Below are positions 25,853 through 35,961 of a stretch of DNA of 64,000 nt, in pieces. Positions within the stretch are counted from its first letter, which is position 1. Each line of letters begins with the position of its first letter. The translations under genes were made by a program, and so were the position numbers. The stretch lies in contig JBCCHY010000001.1 of the NCBI GenBank assembly GCA_039028495.1, forward strand, positions 3,528 to 67,527. The letters are read 5' to 3'. The notes under the pieces were generated by a model. That model searched no databases. It worked only from the letters and a program-made list of their open reading frames with translations, and was not told the DNA's origin. The DNA is from Patescibacteria group bacterium. Its GTDB lineage: Bacteria > Patescibacteriota > Saccharimonadia > Saccharimonadales > VXPC01.

Positions 25853-26998
25853 ATGCTACAAGAAGAAGTTGAACTACTGATCGCATTTGTCCTACTGGCA
25901 GGGTCAGTCTTCGGGGCTGTATTTTTGGCTACTCGCGCCGTAGCTGGTGTCCTGGGCATATTCGGTATACAAAACGACCCAACCAAAGGTATCCTCGACC
26001 GCGGCAAAAACTTCCTCAACAAAAAAGGAGAAGCACGCAAGCAAAGAAATGCTGAACAAAAACAGCTTGATGCCGCGAGCCGTCTTGCCAGAGACGCCCG
26101 TACTGGTGGGGCAAAAGGCGTAGGTAGAAGAGCAGTCAGAAGAGCGACCGGAGGAACGCTCAGAGATCGAGCTCGTACAGGAACCTTGGGGGTTGCTCCT
26201 GTGGGTACTTCTGCGAGGGCAAGAAAAAGAAAGAGGGCAGATACATTGGTGCAGGGTAATGAAGCGGACCTTGCAAGAAAGATTCAACAGGCGAGAGTTC
26301 TTGAGTCAGAAGACAAATACTTCAATACAGACGTCGACTCTATTGATGCATCACAGAAAGCGGCCGTCGAGAAAGCGGCTATTGATAATGCGACCGCATT
26401 AATAACTAGACAGACCTCACAAATGGGTTTTGTAGATAAAATGAACCACCTTCAAGAGCTCTCCTTAGACGAATCGGCAAGCAGTGAACAAAGAAGAGCT
26501 GCGATAACCATGATCACCAAAAACAAACAATATGGTAGGCTTGCTAGCATACAGGGGGAACTGGCAGACAGGGGTTCTGGTGGTGCAGAGTTATGGCGTA
26601 AAGCGCTCGGTGATAACTATAGTGATTTTAAAGAACTAGGCGCAGGATTAACGGTTGATCTATCCGACGGAAACGATAGAGTCAACAGAAAGACCGGTGA
26701 AGTCACCATAACCGGATCAAAGAACTCTTCACGAGTTGCAGCAGATCGGCTTGTTGAGATGGCCAAGCTTGATGATAAAACGCTTTCACTACAAGATGCG
26801 GGCGCACTACGAGAGTTTATGTCTGTACCCGTAATTGTGACTGATCCAGCAACCGGTGCGACAGTGAATACTGGCGACAGAGGTGCCGCAATAGCAGGTG
26901 ATCATACCTTACCAGTAGGTGCGCCAGGAAGAAGCGGTAGCGAAAAACTTCAGAGTGAAATGGCTCCAGAAAATATCGACATTCTACGCAGAACATAA
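25853..26998 (+). CDS. Probable C-terminal part of the VirB6-like protein (last TM + basic cytoplasmic tail)
   Basis: In the same frame and directly after a single TAG. One TM helix followed by an R/G/A-rich region. Confidence 0.6.
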   Translation: MLQEEVELLIAFVLLAGSVFGAVFLATRAVAGVLGIFGIQNDPTKGILDRGKNFLNKKGEARKQRNAEQKQLDAASRLARDARTGGAKGVGRRAVRRATGGTLRDRARTGTLGVAPVGTSARARKRKRADTLVQGNEADLARKIQQARVLESEDKYFNTDVDSIDASQKAAVEKAAIDNATALITRQTSQMGFVDKMNHLQELSLDESASSEQRRAAITMITKNKQYGRLASIQGELADRGSGGAELWRKALGDNYSDFKELGAGLTVDLSDGNDRVNRKTGEVTITGSKNSSRVAADRLVEMAKLDDKTLSLQDAGALREFMSVPVIVTDPATGATVNTGDRGAAIAGDHTLPVGAPGRSGSEKLQSEMAPENIDILRRT

Positions 26999-27071
26999 TT
27001 GGTGTTCTAGTTTTGATGTCAGTTCAGTATATCTTGGCCTGGCTCACTTCTAGCAAAGCTATACCTACAGG

Positions 27072-27938
27072 CTATACCCTTCTCTTGCTCCGTCTACGTT
27101 GTCGTATAGACCCACCGGAACCACTACGACCAATCCCTAGCGCTCCAAAAGGACTAAAGCCAAGTGCTTTCTGCCCCAAGCCATCTCGAGCTGACCAATT
27201 TGCGTGACCCGTAGCTCCTATAATATTGTCATGTTCGTCCCGATGAACTGTAACCTTCCTCTCGTTACCGAGAACTGCAGCACCAACAGCTACAGCGCCT
27301 GAAAATAGAGCAACACCGACCGGCATGGATGTGAGGTTTTCCGCCCCATCAAATAGCAGATCTTTAAAGAACCATTTAAACGGCTGGAATTCGCCCGAAG
27401 GCACCTCGGATATGCTTTCGCCTAATCTTCCGGCTGCATCCCTTGCCATGTCCGTGCCCTTATCAATTTCATCTGCCCAGCTGTCTGGGATTATGTCCAC
27501 TGGGTCTTTATCTGTAATTTCATCCAATCCGTCGTTTGATAATTCGCTGGTTTCTCGACCAGAGTTAAAGAGTGTCCCTCTGATACCGCTACCCCAAAAA
27601 CCTATCGCAGCCACTGTTCCTACGAATCTAATTGCAGATCTACCTTTTTCTACTATAAAAGACTCAGGTGTCCCCGGCTCTACTGTTTCATTTTTCAGAG
27701 TTGTAACAAAACGTGCTGGTGCATCTACAGGTTTTGTGAGTATATTCATCCCTCCTGCGAATACACGCCTAACCCCTGTGTAAGGATTGGCTTTCACGGG
27801 TGGTGTAGAGAATGCAATCGCAGCAGCCCCTAGAGCATTTTGGTCTTCAGGATCGAGATTGTTATAAGCATTTCTAGCATTAGCGGCTGCTCGACGCGCA
27901 TTTGCTTTTATATTCATTCTAGGTAGTCTTGGTGCCAT
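27072..27938 (-). CDS. Hypothetical membrane-associated orphan protein, antisense within the T4SS locus
   Basis: 288-aa ORF with two hydrophobic stretches and an Arg-rich C-terminus (RQRRRSKRRV). It has its own leaderless promoter. Confidence 0.7.
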   Translation of the reverse strand: MAPRLPRMNIKANARRAAANARNAYNNLDPEDQNALGAAAIAFSTPPVKANPYTGVRRVFAGGMNILTKPVDAPARFVTTLKNETVEPGTPESFIVEKGRSAIRFVGTVAAIGFWGSGIRGTLFNSGRETSELSNDGLDEITDKDPVDIIPDSWADEIDKGTDMARDAAGRLGESISEVPSGEFQPFKWFFKDLLFDGAENLTSMPVGVALFSGAVAVGAAVLGNERKVTVHRDEHDNIIGATGHANWSARDGLGQKALGFSPFGALGIGRSGSGGSIRQRRRSKRRV

Positions 27939-28057
27939 GGCTATATATTAGCATAAGTTTGCTTGTTTGTAAATAGTCTTATGCTTACTTTTCTTTGTAC
28001 TTGCACCTACTCGAATCACCACTGGAGAAAAGTCTGACTACTGTTATAATAATGCTC

Positions 28058-28990
28058 ATGGCAACCTATAAAGTTCTGCAGGACATAGAGGCAGAAGACA
28101 AGCTGATCGGGCCGCTGACGTTCAAGCAGCTGGTGTTTGGATTCATTGCTGCCGGGATCATGTTTCTCGGCTGGTTTGTAGCACGCAGTAGCAGCATATT
28201 CATATTCATTCCATTCTTCATCCTGGCCAGCCCATTTTTATTTCTGGCGGCACCCATAGGGCAGGACCAGCCTAATGATGTCTGGCTAGGCGCTCGGCTA
28301 CGATTTTTTTTCAAACCGCGCGTACGTAAGTGGGACCAGACAGGGCAAAGCGAATACGTCACCGTAACTGCCCCAAAGCGTGAAGAGCACGTATACACAG
28401 ATGGATTGGAGCAGACAGAGGTAGAAAGCCGCCTAAAGCTACTCGCCAACACACTAGACAGCCGCGGCTGGGCGGTTAAAAATAGCAACGTAAACCTAGA
28501 AAAGGTGACCAGCGCTAGCACCATGAGCGATGGGGCGCGACTCGTCCATCCGGGCGACCTGCCGCAAGAGGTGCAGCAAGTGGACATACATGCTAGTGAC
28601 GATATGTTTGATGGTACCGCTCGTATTGGCCAGAACGTTGACCAGCTCATGAGTGAACGGCAGGAGCAGGCCCGTATATCAGCCGTACGCCAGATGCAGA
28701 CAACGCCGACTAGCGGACAAGTTCTAGAGGCAGAGTTCCTCGACCAGCTCCACAAACAGCAGGACCGTCTAGGCATACATCATGGTGACGAAGTAGCTGA
28801 AGCCAGAGACGTCGGTCACTCAGCAGTAGCGGCAGAACGAAAAATACCGGAGATACCAAAAGCCCCAGATACTAACCAACAGCTGGGGGCGGTAAATGAC
28901 CTGAAAGTATCGACGCTCGCTAGTCTGGCGAAAAACAAAAAATCCGGTGACGATACACTTACCGACGATACGGTGATAGAATTACACTAA
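28058..28990 (+). CDS. PrgI-family (VirB3-like) protein
   Basis: MATYKVLQDIEAEDKLIGPLTFKQ, two TM helices, DQP..W...F..KPR.R.W. Start set 7 nt after TATAAT. Confidence 0.85.
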   Translation: MATYKVLQDIEAEDKLIGPLTFKQLVFGFIAAGIMFLGWFVARSSSIFIFIPFFILASPFLFLAAPIGQDQPNDVWLGARLRFFFKPRVRKWDQTGQSEYVTVTAPKREEHVYTDGLEQTEVESRLKLLANTLDSRGWAVKNSNVNLEKVTSASTMSDGARLVHPGDLPQEVQQVDIHASDDMFDGTARIGQNVDQLMSERQEQARISAVRQMQTTPTSGQVLEAEFLDQLHKQQDRLGIHHGDEVAEARDVGHSAVAAERKIPEIPKAPDTNQQLGAVNDLKVSTLASLAKNKKSGDDTLTDDTVIELH

Positions 28991-29003
28991 TTAAAGGGGT
29001 GGG

Positions 29004-29870
29004 ATGAATCCAAATAACCAAGCACCAGGACAACCAGGACAGGCGGCCGCTCAAGCCCCGGTCAATCCTACCCTGGCTCCAGTCAACCCTGGAGCAATCA
29101 CTGGAGGCCCACAGCCTGGTCAGCCAAAACCTGCGGTATCCGTAAACCCCAATAGCACCCAAAACACCCTGCAGGTAGCAGAGGTCCGTGACGGTATCGT
29201 CATCATGGCCGATGGATCATTCCGGGCCGTTGTCATGTGTAAAGCCATCAACTTTGACCTCATGAGCCCTCAGGAAAAAGAGGGTGTAGAGTACGCCTAT
29301 CAGGGATTTCTAAATTCCCTCTACTTTGACATCCAGATATCTGTCAAATCTCGCCGCGTAGACGTCAAACCATATCTAGAGAAACTGACCAAAATCCGCC
29401 GCGAACAGGACAATATGCTGCTCGGTCTACTCATGGAGGACTACATATATTTCCTCGAGGATCTCACGCAGCAGACTAATATCATGGACAAAATGTTCTA
29501 TGTCACGATCCCATACTATGACACTAGCCTATCTGCCGCCAACATCTCTCGCAGTACCAAAAATATCTTTGCCAACATATTCTCATTCAATAAAACTCCG
29601 GACAAAGTAACAATAGACGAAAATGCTCTGGAGCAGGCTAAAACAGAGCTCCGTAACCGCGTCCAGGCAATCATGCAGGGATTACAGGCCTGTGGGGTCC
29701 AGAGCCTACCACTTGATACAGAGGAGCTGATCGAGCTCTACTACGATAGCTATAACCCAGATACTGCAACTAGGCAAAAGCTCAAAAACTTCGGTGGACT
29801 GTCTCAGGATGTTATTGGCAAGGGTGACGGTGTTGCCAGTACGGATCACTTGAATCGGAGTGTCCAGTAA
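29004..29870 (+). CDS. T4SS-associated protein (VirB4 N-terminal/TraC-like)
   Basis: STQNTLQVAEVRDGIVIM.DGSFRAV...INFDLMS..E......YQGFLNSLYF, located between prgI and virB4. Confidence 0.75.
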   Translation: MNPNNQAPGQPGQAAAQAPVNPTLAPVNPGAITGGPQPGQPKPAVSVNPNSTQNTLQVAEVRDGIVIMADGSFRAVVMCKAINFDLMSPQEKEGVEYAYQGFLNSLYFDIQISVKSRRVDVKPYLEKLTKIRREQDNMLLGLLMEDYIYFLEDLTQQTNIMDKMFYVTIPYYDTSLSAANISRSTKNIFANIFSFNKTPDKVTIDENALEQAKTELRNRVQAIMQGLQACGVQSLPLDTEELIELYYDSYNPDTATRQKLKNFGGLSQDVIGKGDGVASTDHLNRSVQ

Positions 29871-31801
29871 TGTTCGGTAAAAAGAAACAGCAGGTAGACC
29901 CCGTTACTCTGGCTCAGCAGCAGCGCATGCAGGAACAAGTAGAGGTCCAGCACGCCTTTCAAAAAGGCGTCACAGCACTACGTGACTTTATCGCCCCCAG
30001 TAGCATCATGTTCGAAGGCGGCTACTTCCAGCTCGGTACGCGCTATGCCCGCACATACTATGTGTATGGTTACCCGCGCAAGGTATATACCGGCTGGTTA
30101 AGCGGTCTCATAAACATCGATGAAGTCATGGACATGTCGATGTTTATCTACACTGCCGACAGCCAAGTCGTACTAGAAAACCTACGTAAAAAGGTTGGTC
30201 AGCTAGAGGCGGGTATAAGCCTCGACAATGAAAAGGGCCGCGTCCGTGACCCGGCCAAACAAGCAGCGATCCTGGACGCTGAAGAAATGCGAGACAAACT
30301 ACAGGTGGGTGAAGAGCGCTTCTTCCGCTTTGGACTGTACTTCACAATCTACGGCAATAGTTTTGATGAGCTAGAGTTCATTAGCCACAAGGTAGAAACA
30401 ATGCTCGGTAACCAACTGGTATACAGTAAACCAGCCAGCGCCCAGCAAGAACAAGGCCTCAATAGCACCATCCCGCAATTTGTCGACCAGCTACAAATTA
30501 GGCGCAATATGAACACGGGTGCTATCAGTACTTCATTCCCATTCACTAGTGCCGACCTGACACAGGAGAGCGGCATTCTCTACGGTGTAAACATGCACAA
30601 TTCTGGGCTAGTCATTTTTGACCGCTTCGGTTTAGAGAACAGCAACAGCGTGGTTTTCGCGAAATCTGGTGCAGGTAAAAGCTTTACCGTCAAACTCGAA
30701 GCCCTCCGCCAGCTAATGCTTGGCACAGAGATCGTCATTATCGACCCAGAGAATGAATACCAGCGCATGTGTGAAGCAGTCGGCGGATCCTATCTGAAAC
30801 TCAGTCTCAATAGCCCAACCAGAGTCAATCCTTTTGACCTACCAAGAGTAGTTGATGCCGAAGACGGTGAGAACGCCCTGCGGTCTAACCTGATTACACT
30901 ACATGGGCTGCTGCGTCTTATGATGGGTGGGGCACAGGCCCAGCTAGCGGCAGGTGGGGCAGCTACCATGCCGGTGCTCACCCCGAGTGAAGAGGCAGAC
31001 CTAGATGCAGCCCTCATTACTACCTACGAAAAGGCCGGTATCACCAACGACCCGCTAACCCATGGTAGCCCTCCGCCGACCATAGCTGATCTCTACGATA
31101 CTCTGCTGCACATGGGCGGCTCTGGGCCTCAGCTTGCACAGCGACTGCGTAAATATACCAGCGGCACATTCGCCGGTATATTCAGCCAGCAGAGCAACAT
31201 TGATATGGATAATCCGCTTGTCTGCTTTAACGTGCGGGACCTAGAGGACGAGCTACGACCAGTGGCTATGTATATCGTGCTTAACTACATCTGGAACAAG
31301 ACCAAGGCTGACCAGAAGCGCCGTATCCTGGTCGTTGACGAGGCCTGGCAGCTAATGAAATATGAAGACTCTGCTAATTTCCTTTTCAGCCTGGCAAAAC
31401 GAGCCCGTAAGTATAATCTAGGTATCACGACGATCACTCAGGATGTAGAGGACTTCATGGCATCTCGCATGGGTAGGGCAATCGTCGCCAATGCGAGCAT
31501 GCAGATACTGCTCAAACAGTCTCCAAGTGCTGTCGACGTTCTCGCAGATGTCTTCAAGCTAACGAGCGAGGAAAAGAAACGTCTTAGTCAGTTCCCTGTC
31601 GGGCAAGGGCTCTTTTTCGCCGGTCAAAACCATGTCCATATACAAATTCTACCGAGCGCAACCGAGCAGGAGCTCATCACAACTAATCCGGATCAGATCG
31701 CTGCTCTGCAGCAGGCCCAGGAGCAGCCTCAGCAAACAACAAATCTAAACGACAGCCTCATGCCTGGTGTCGGTGATAGCTCCGAAATCCAGCTCCACTA
31801 A
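29870..31801 (+). CDS. virB4: VirB4-like T4SS ATPase
   Basis: Walker A AKSGAGKS, IIDPENEY, Walker B LVVDEAW, KRARKY and ITQDVEDF. Confidence 0.9.
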   Translation: MFGKKKQQVDPVTLAQQQRMQEQVEVQHAFQKGVTALRDFIAPSSIMFEGGYFQLGTRYARTYYVYGYPRKVYTGWLSGLINIDEVMDMSMFIYTADSQVVLENLRKKVGQLEAGISLDNEKGRVRDPAKQAAILDAEEMRDKLQVGEERFFRFGLYFTIYGNSFDELEFISHKVETMLGNQLVYSKPASAQQEQGLNSTIPQFVDQLQIRRNMNTGAISTSFPFTSADLTQESGILYGVNMHNSGLVIFDRFGLENSNSVVFAKSGAGKSFTVKLEALRQLMLGTEIVIIDPENEYQRMCEAVGGSYLKLSLNSPTRVNPFDLPRVVDAEDGENALRSNLITLHGLLRLMMGGAQAQLAAGGAATMPVLTPSEEADLDAALITTYEKAGITNDPLTHGSPPPTIADLYDTLLHMGGSGPQLAQRLRKYTSGTFAGIFSQQSNIDMDNPLVCFNVRDLEDELRPVAMYIVLNYIWNKTKADQKRRILVVDEAWQLMKYEDSANFLFSLAKRARKYNLGITTITQDVEDFMASRMGRAIVANASMQILLKQSPSAVDVLADVFKLTSEEKKRLSQFPVGQGLFFAGQNHVHIQILPSATEQELITTNPDQIAALQQAQEQPQQTTNLNDSLMPGVGDSSEIQLH

Positions 31802-31855
31802 TATCTACCTCTGTAAAAACTAGATACTCATGGTTAGCTCCTATATACTTACGTC

Positions 31856-34675
31856 ATGGGAATTTTCAGAGGTGACAACCAGGACGACGGCTACGAGCCT
31901 GACGCTCTTGCTCCCGATGCAGCAGAAACACCCGACAATACTCACCACACTGCTGAAGCCGAACAGGCTCAACTGGCAAACATACTGGCTGAAAACGGCG
32001 TGTATGATGCCGAGGATCAAGGGAGTTTTTATACGGGCCCCATTGCTGAGGCAGAGGATGAGGCTGCGGCAAGCACAGAGGAAACATCTAATGATGACCT
32101 AGAGAGCGGTCGCCTGGGTAGTTTTTACCAGGCAGCGGCCGCACGGACCTCTCCATCAAAGGGCAAAATATTCGGTGCACTGGGGTTGTTTGTTGCCCCT
32201 TATCTATTCCTGCTGCCATTACTATTCACACCCGGATTCGACCTAGAGCATATCAACCGCCTGACGACGGCTTTTAGGTTTGGGCATTTCCACACACAAC
32301 TCGGCAAACGAGTAAACCATCTAGCTAATTTCCAGATAGCCTACACTGCAGGGGGCGCCGACTATATAGAGGGTAGAAATATACCAAACTACGAGAGAAC
32401 CACCATGTTTCAGCGCATGGTTGGATCGGATGCAAAATCTGTCTGGGATAAATACGGAGACAGATTTACTCCTGTCTATGAACGCAGGGCAACGACCCTC
32501 GGACTTAGACGTCTAACGTCAATTACGGACGAAGTCACTGGCATAACCTATAGCACTAGACGAACCCCTGATCTGAGAGCGCTCGAGCAGCTCACTGCTA
32601 GCCTGGACCCAACCGATGCCCAAGTCGGAGTGCTCAGAACTAGGCCTGAGATATCCCTGTTTGCCCGAAATAACGGCGTGCCGTTCAGTAGGTTCGCACT
32701 TATAGTTAGCAAACTGAGAGAAAACCATCCTGACGTTGATACCAGACAAAAGGTGCGTGCAGAAGCAACTAAAGAAAGGCGCAATGCTACAAAACCAAGA
32801 GCAACCACCTTTCAAACCTTGGCGGGAGCTGGTCAGGAAGAGCTGAGCGATGGCTTCGTAGAGCAAATTGAATCGGGTGAATCACCTGGCAGAGCTCGCC
32901 AATGGCTCGCCGACAATCTCGAGTTTAATAAAAAGGTGCTCCTAAATACTGGTAGGCTCAGTGTAGCTGTTGGATTGGGTACAATTGCCTGCGTCTTCAG
33001 GGATGCTGCTGACACTATAGAGCAGGGTATCGTGGATAGAACACGAGGGCTCATGGTTCAGGCATCAGACACAGAGACAAATGTGTCTCAAAACAGACTT
33101 GGCTTAAACCCCGCCGAGATTGCAGCAGTGCTATCTAGCGATTTTGACGGACATGTACGCTCTGCAGCCTGGGCAGCATCAATGAAGGGCGTTCCTGTTG
33201 AAGAGACCGATCCAGATTTTAATTTTAGTAATCTATTCAACTTTAAAAATTATCTGGGAATATCAGTACGTACAGTCCTAGAGTTTGATAGGGCTATAGA
33301 CTTTGCTATCGACAACATACCTTCAAACCCTGCTGAGGTGTTAACAGACATTGGCGAAGCTATTCCTGTAGTGGGTAGTCCTTTTGGACTAATTGATAAT
33401 TCTTTTGATAGTCTCAAAAGAAGAGCTGCTGATGAAGGTTGCAAACATATCCTCAACCCGGGAGTGCAGATCGGCCTCACCGTAGTAGAACTCGTAGGTA
33501 CTGTAATTCTGACCTTCTTTACTGGACCGCTTGCAGGAACCGCTAAAGGAGGAGCTGGTGCGGTGATATCGCAGATTGCTAGATCAGTTGCCACCACCAG
33601 AGCAGCTGTTTCGTTAGGAGCGAGCATAGGGGCAGATTGGCTAATATATAACTGGATAATCCCGCGAGCGATAGAACAAAGTACAGGCATAAGCACCACC
33701 TACCTACCAGGTGAGGGCGCCAGGAATGTTGAAATACTGCTAGAAGGAAGTCGGCTCAATGCTGAGTCTGTTTCTCTCACGAGCGGGGGCACCATTACGA
33801 GCTCTGAGGTAGCGCTGGCGGCAAGCTTTGACCATATGCACAAATATCGAGAGTCTTTCACAGACCGCGGACTAGCCAGTAACCTCTTTGACCTAGACAA
33901 TCCATATTCAGGCGCCTCTAGTCTCGCCTCTAGCATACCTAGTAGTGTAAAAGACGGCGGTCAAAGCGTAGCTAGTCTGGCTTCATCAGTTTTTAGCGGA
34001 AGTGCGCTTATGAGCATATTTGGCGGTTCAGCATCAGCGCAGACCCAGAATAGAGACTTTAGAAACAACGGCCAGGCCTATATAGATCTCCTCTACGCAG
34101 GCAGTAGCTTTGGTGTTGGTTTTAACGAGCAGGAAATGACAGGCGAGGACCTAGACTTTGACCATGTAATAAACAGTGACTACGTCGAAGCAGATCTGCC
34201 GATACTGCTGGAGGAGTACGGCAAGTGTATAACCGTAAATTATCATGATCTAGTCCTCGTGGAGAGTGGCGTCATTAGGGATGATGAGCGTAAAAAAGAG
34301 TTAGGATATCCAGAAGAGTGCTACGATCGTGATGCACGTAGACTGCTGATCTACTGGTCCGACTGCAACACTGCCGTTAGCCTGCGCGAGGTAAGTCAGC
34401 TGCGCAGTGCCTTTTACTCGACCGAGTGTGCTCAGGATCTCGCGCCAGAGCTGCTGACCGCTGCACCGGTGAACGAGGAAGACTATCGCTATAATACTGC
34501 TCCCTACAGACTGCTGGCTGCCGCGCAGGACAAAGAGGCAAAGGAGCGGACCTTTACACAAAAAATCGGGGCTGAGCTGCGCGAGCTTCACCAAACAAGC
34601 CTTGACATGCGCGGGGACGTTTATGCAGCTACAGACGAGCCAGCCATCGCCTCGAGAAGGAGCACACTACTATGA
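31856..34675 (+). CDS. Large T4SS-locus membrane protein of unknown function
   Basis: 939 aa with an acidic N-terminus and several hydrophobic/Gly-rich helices. It overlaps the downstream lysozyme gene (ATGA). Confidence 0.75.
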   Translation: MGIFRGDNQDDGYEPDALAPDAAETPDNTHHTAEAEQAQLANILAENGVYDAEDQGSFYTGPIAEAEDEAAASTEETSNDDLESGRLGSFYQAAAARTSPSKGKIFGALGLFVAPYLFLLPLLFTPGFDLEHINRLTTAFRFGHFHTQLGKRVNHLANFQIAYTAGGADYIEGRNIPNYERTTMFQRMVGSDAKSVWDKYGDRFTPVYERRATTLGLRRLTSITDEVTGITYSTRRTPDLRALEQLTASLDPTDAQVGVLRTRPEISLFARNNGVPFSRFALIVSKLRENHPDVDTRQKVRAEATKERRNATKPRATTFQTLAGAGQEELSDGFVEQIESGESPGRARQWLADNLEFNKKVLLNTGRLSVAVGLGTIACVFRDAADTIEQGIVDRTRGLMVQASDTETNVSQNRLGLNPAEIAAVLSSDFDGHVRSAAWAASMKGVPVEETDPDFNFSNLFNFKNYLGISVRTVLEFDRAIDFAIDNIPSNPAEVLTDIGEAIPVVGSPFGLIDNSFDSLKRRAADEGCKHILNPGVQIGLTVVELVGTVILTFFTGPLAGTAKGGAGAVISQIARSVATTRAAVSLGASIGADWLIYNWIIPRAIEQSTGISTTYLPGEGARNVEILLEGSRLNAESVSLTSGGTITSSEVALAASFDHMHKYRESFTDRGLASNLFDLDNPYSGASSLASSIPSSVKDGGQSVASLASSVFSGSALMSIFGGSASAQTQNRDFRNNGQAYIDLLYAGSSFGVGFNEQEMTGEDLDFDHVINSDYVEADLPILLEEYGKCITVNYHDLVLVESGVIRDDERKKELGYPEECYDRDARRLLIYWSDCNTAVSLREVSQLRSAFYSTECAQDLAPELLTAAPVNEEDYRYNTAPYRLLAAAQDKEAKERTFTQKIGAELRELHQTSLDMRGDVYAATDEPAIASRRSTLL

Positions 34676-35961
34676 GCCTGATTACGAAAATTACCGAGAA
34701 GCTATGGGGGATGACTGCTACACTGCTAGTACTCTCGGTCATTCTGGCGCCGACCACGTCCGCACAGTCTACCTTCAACGAAGGGGCCGCTCACCTGTAC
34801 CCTTGGTTTGACTATCGTGACGACGGCTCTTTCCTCGCGAACTATTCGCCCGATAACTGTAGCGTAGCTTCAAATCTCGTCGGTGGCGACCATCAAGAAA
34901 AGGCCTTTAACTTCTTTATCGGCGAAGGGCGTGGACTCTCTGCACCCCAATCAGCCGGCATAGTCGGAAACTTAATGGTCGAGTCCTACGACGAGATCAA
35001 TCCAACTGCAGAGTATCCCGGAAGCGCCAGACCCTACGGCATAGCCCAGTGGACAGACAACGGTGGCAGAAGAGATAGAATGCTAACGTGGGTAAACTCA
35101 GCCCTAAAGGACCGAGGAATTGACACCGGAGACGATCCATATACATATTTCAGTGAAGCCAGTGCTCCGTCCAGTGATGAGTTAGAAATCTATTTTGAAG
35201 TGCAGCTAGAGTTCATTTGGTACGAAATGACCCAGGGCGACGAAACGCTAGCACTCACCGAACTACAAAAGACAAACTCTGCTATTGAAGCGGCAACAGC
35301 CTTTGAGAAGTACTACGAAAGGGCTAATGGTCAGAAGCTGGAAGATCGTATAGCTAACGCAGTCGGTATTCTAAATAAATATGGCTCTAACTACGGTGGA
35401 GATGTCAGCTCTGATAGCCGCATATGTGGACAGGCAGGTAGTGGTGAAATTGTTGGTGACTGGAGCTTACCACTGAGAAGAGCGCTGTTTGATCAGAATC
35501 AGTACTGGTTCAACAAACCCCACCATAACAAGAACGAAGCCGTAGACCTAGAGGCGTCTCCCGGTGAAGAGGTCTACTCTATGACTTCTGGAACGATTAT
35601 AAACGCAGGTACTGGTACAACGGATCTATGTGGCCTGGGTGTAGTCGTTCAGTCACCAGACGGGACTCAGTTTATCTACTGCCACGGTCTCGATGGTGGC
35701 TCCGTTGATGGGGCCCGCATTAATGATACCGTAAAGGCCGGTCAGCTAATCATGCATAACGGATCCACCGGAAACTACCCGCTGGACCATCCAGACCCAG
35801 ATCTGAGAGGTAAACCTTCCTCGTCAGGGCCTCATCTACATCTTGCGATTCAGACCCCTGATGGCGCCAGAAGATGCCCACAAAAACTGCTTGAATCAAT
35901 TTACAACAAGGCTCCGATCAGCCCCGAGTCGCTTGCCACGTCAGGATGTACCAAAGGATGA
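34672..35961 (+). CDS. Peptidoglycan hydrolase: phage-tail-type lysozyme + M23 peptidase (VirB1-like)
   Basis: QSAGIVGNLMVES, YGIAQW, FEKYYER (Phage_lysozyme2-like). HNKNEAVD, YCHG and GPHLHL (M23 HxxxD/HxH). Confidence 0.85.
   Translation: MSLITKITEKLWGMTATLLVLSVILAPTTSAQSTFNEGAAHLYPWFDYRDDGSFLANYSPDNCSVASNLVGGDHQEKAFNFFIGEGRGLSAPQSAGIVGNLMVESYDEINPTAEYPGSARPYGIAQWTDNGGRRDRMLTWVNSALKDRGIDTGDDPYTYFSEASAPSSDELEIYFEVQLEFIWYEMTQGDETLALTELQKTNSAIEAATAFEKYYERANGQKLEDRIANAVGILNKYGSNYGGDVSSDSRICGQAGSGEIVGDWSLPLRRALFDQNQYWFNKPHHNKNEAVDLEASPGEEVYSMTSGTIINAGTGTTDLCGLGVVVQSPDGTQFIYCHGLDGGSVDGARINDTVKAGQLIMHNGSTGNYPLDHPDPDLRGKPSSSGPHLHLAIQTPDGARRCPQKLLESIYNKAPISPESLATSGCTKG

Noticed and set aside
34672-35961. 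Prophage suggested by the phage-tail lysozyme domain
   Set aside because: No capsid, terminase, portal or integrase genes are nearby. The protein has a signal/TM segment and lies in the T4SS operon.
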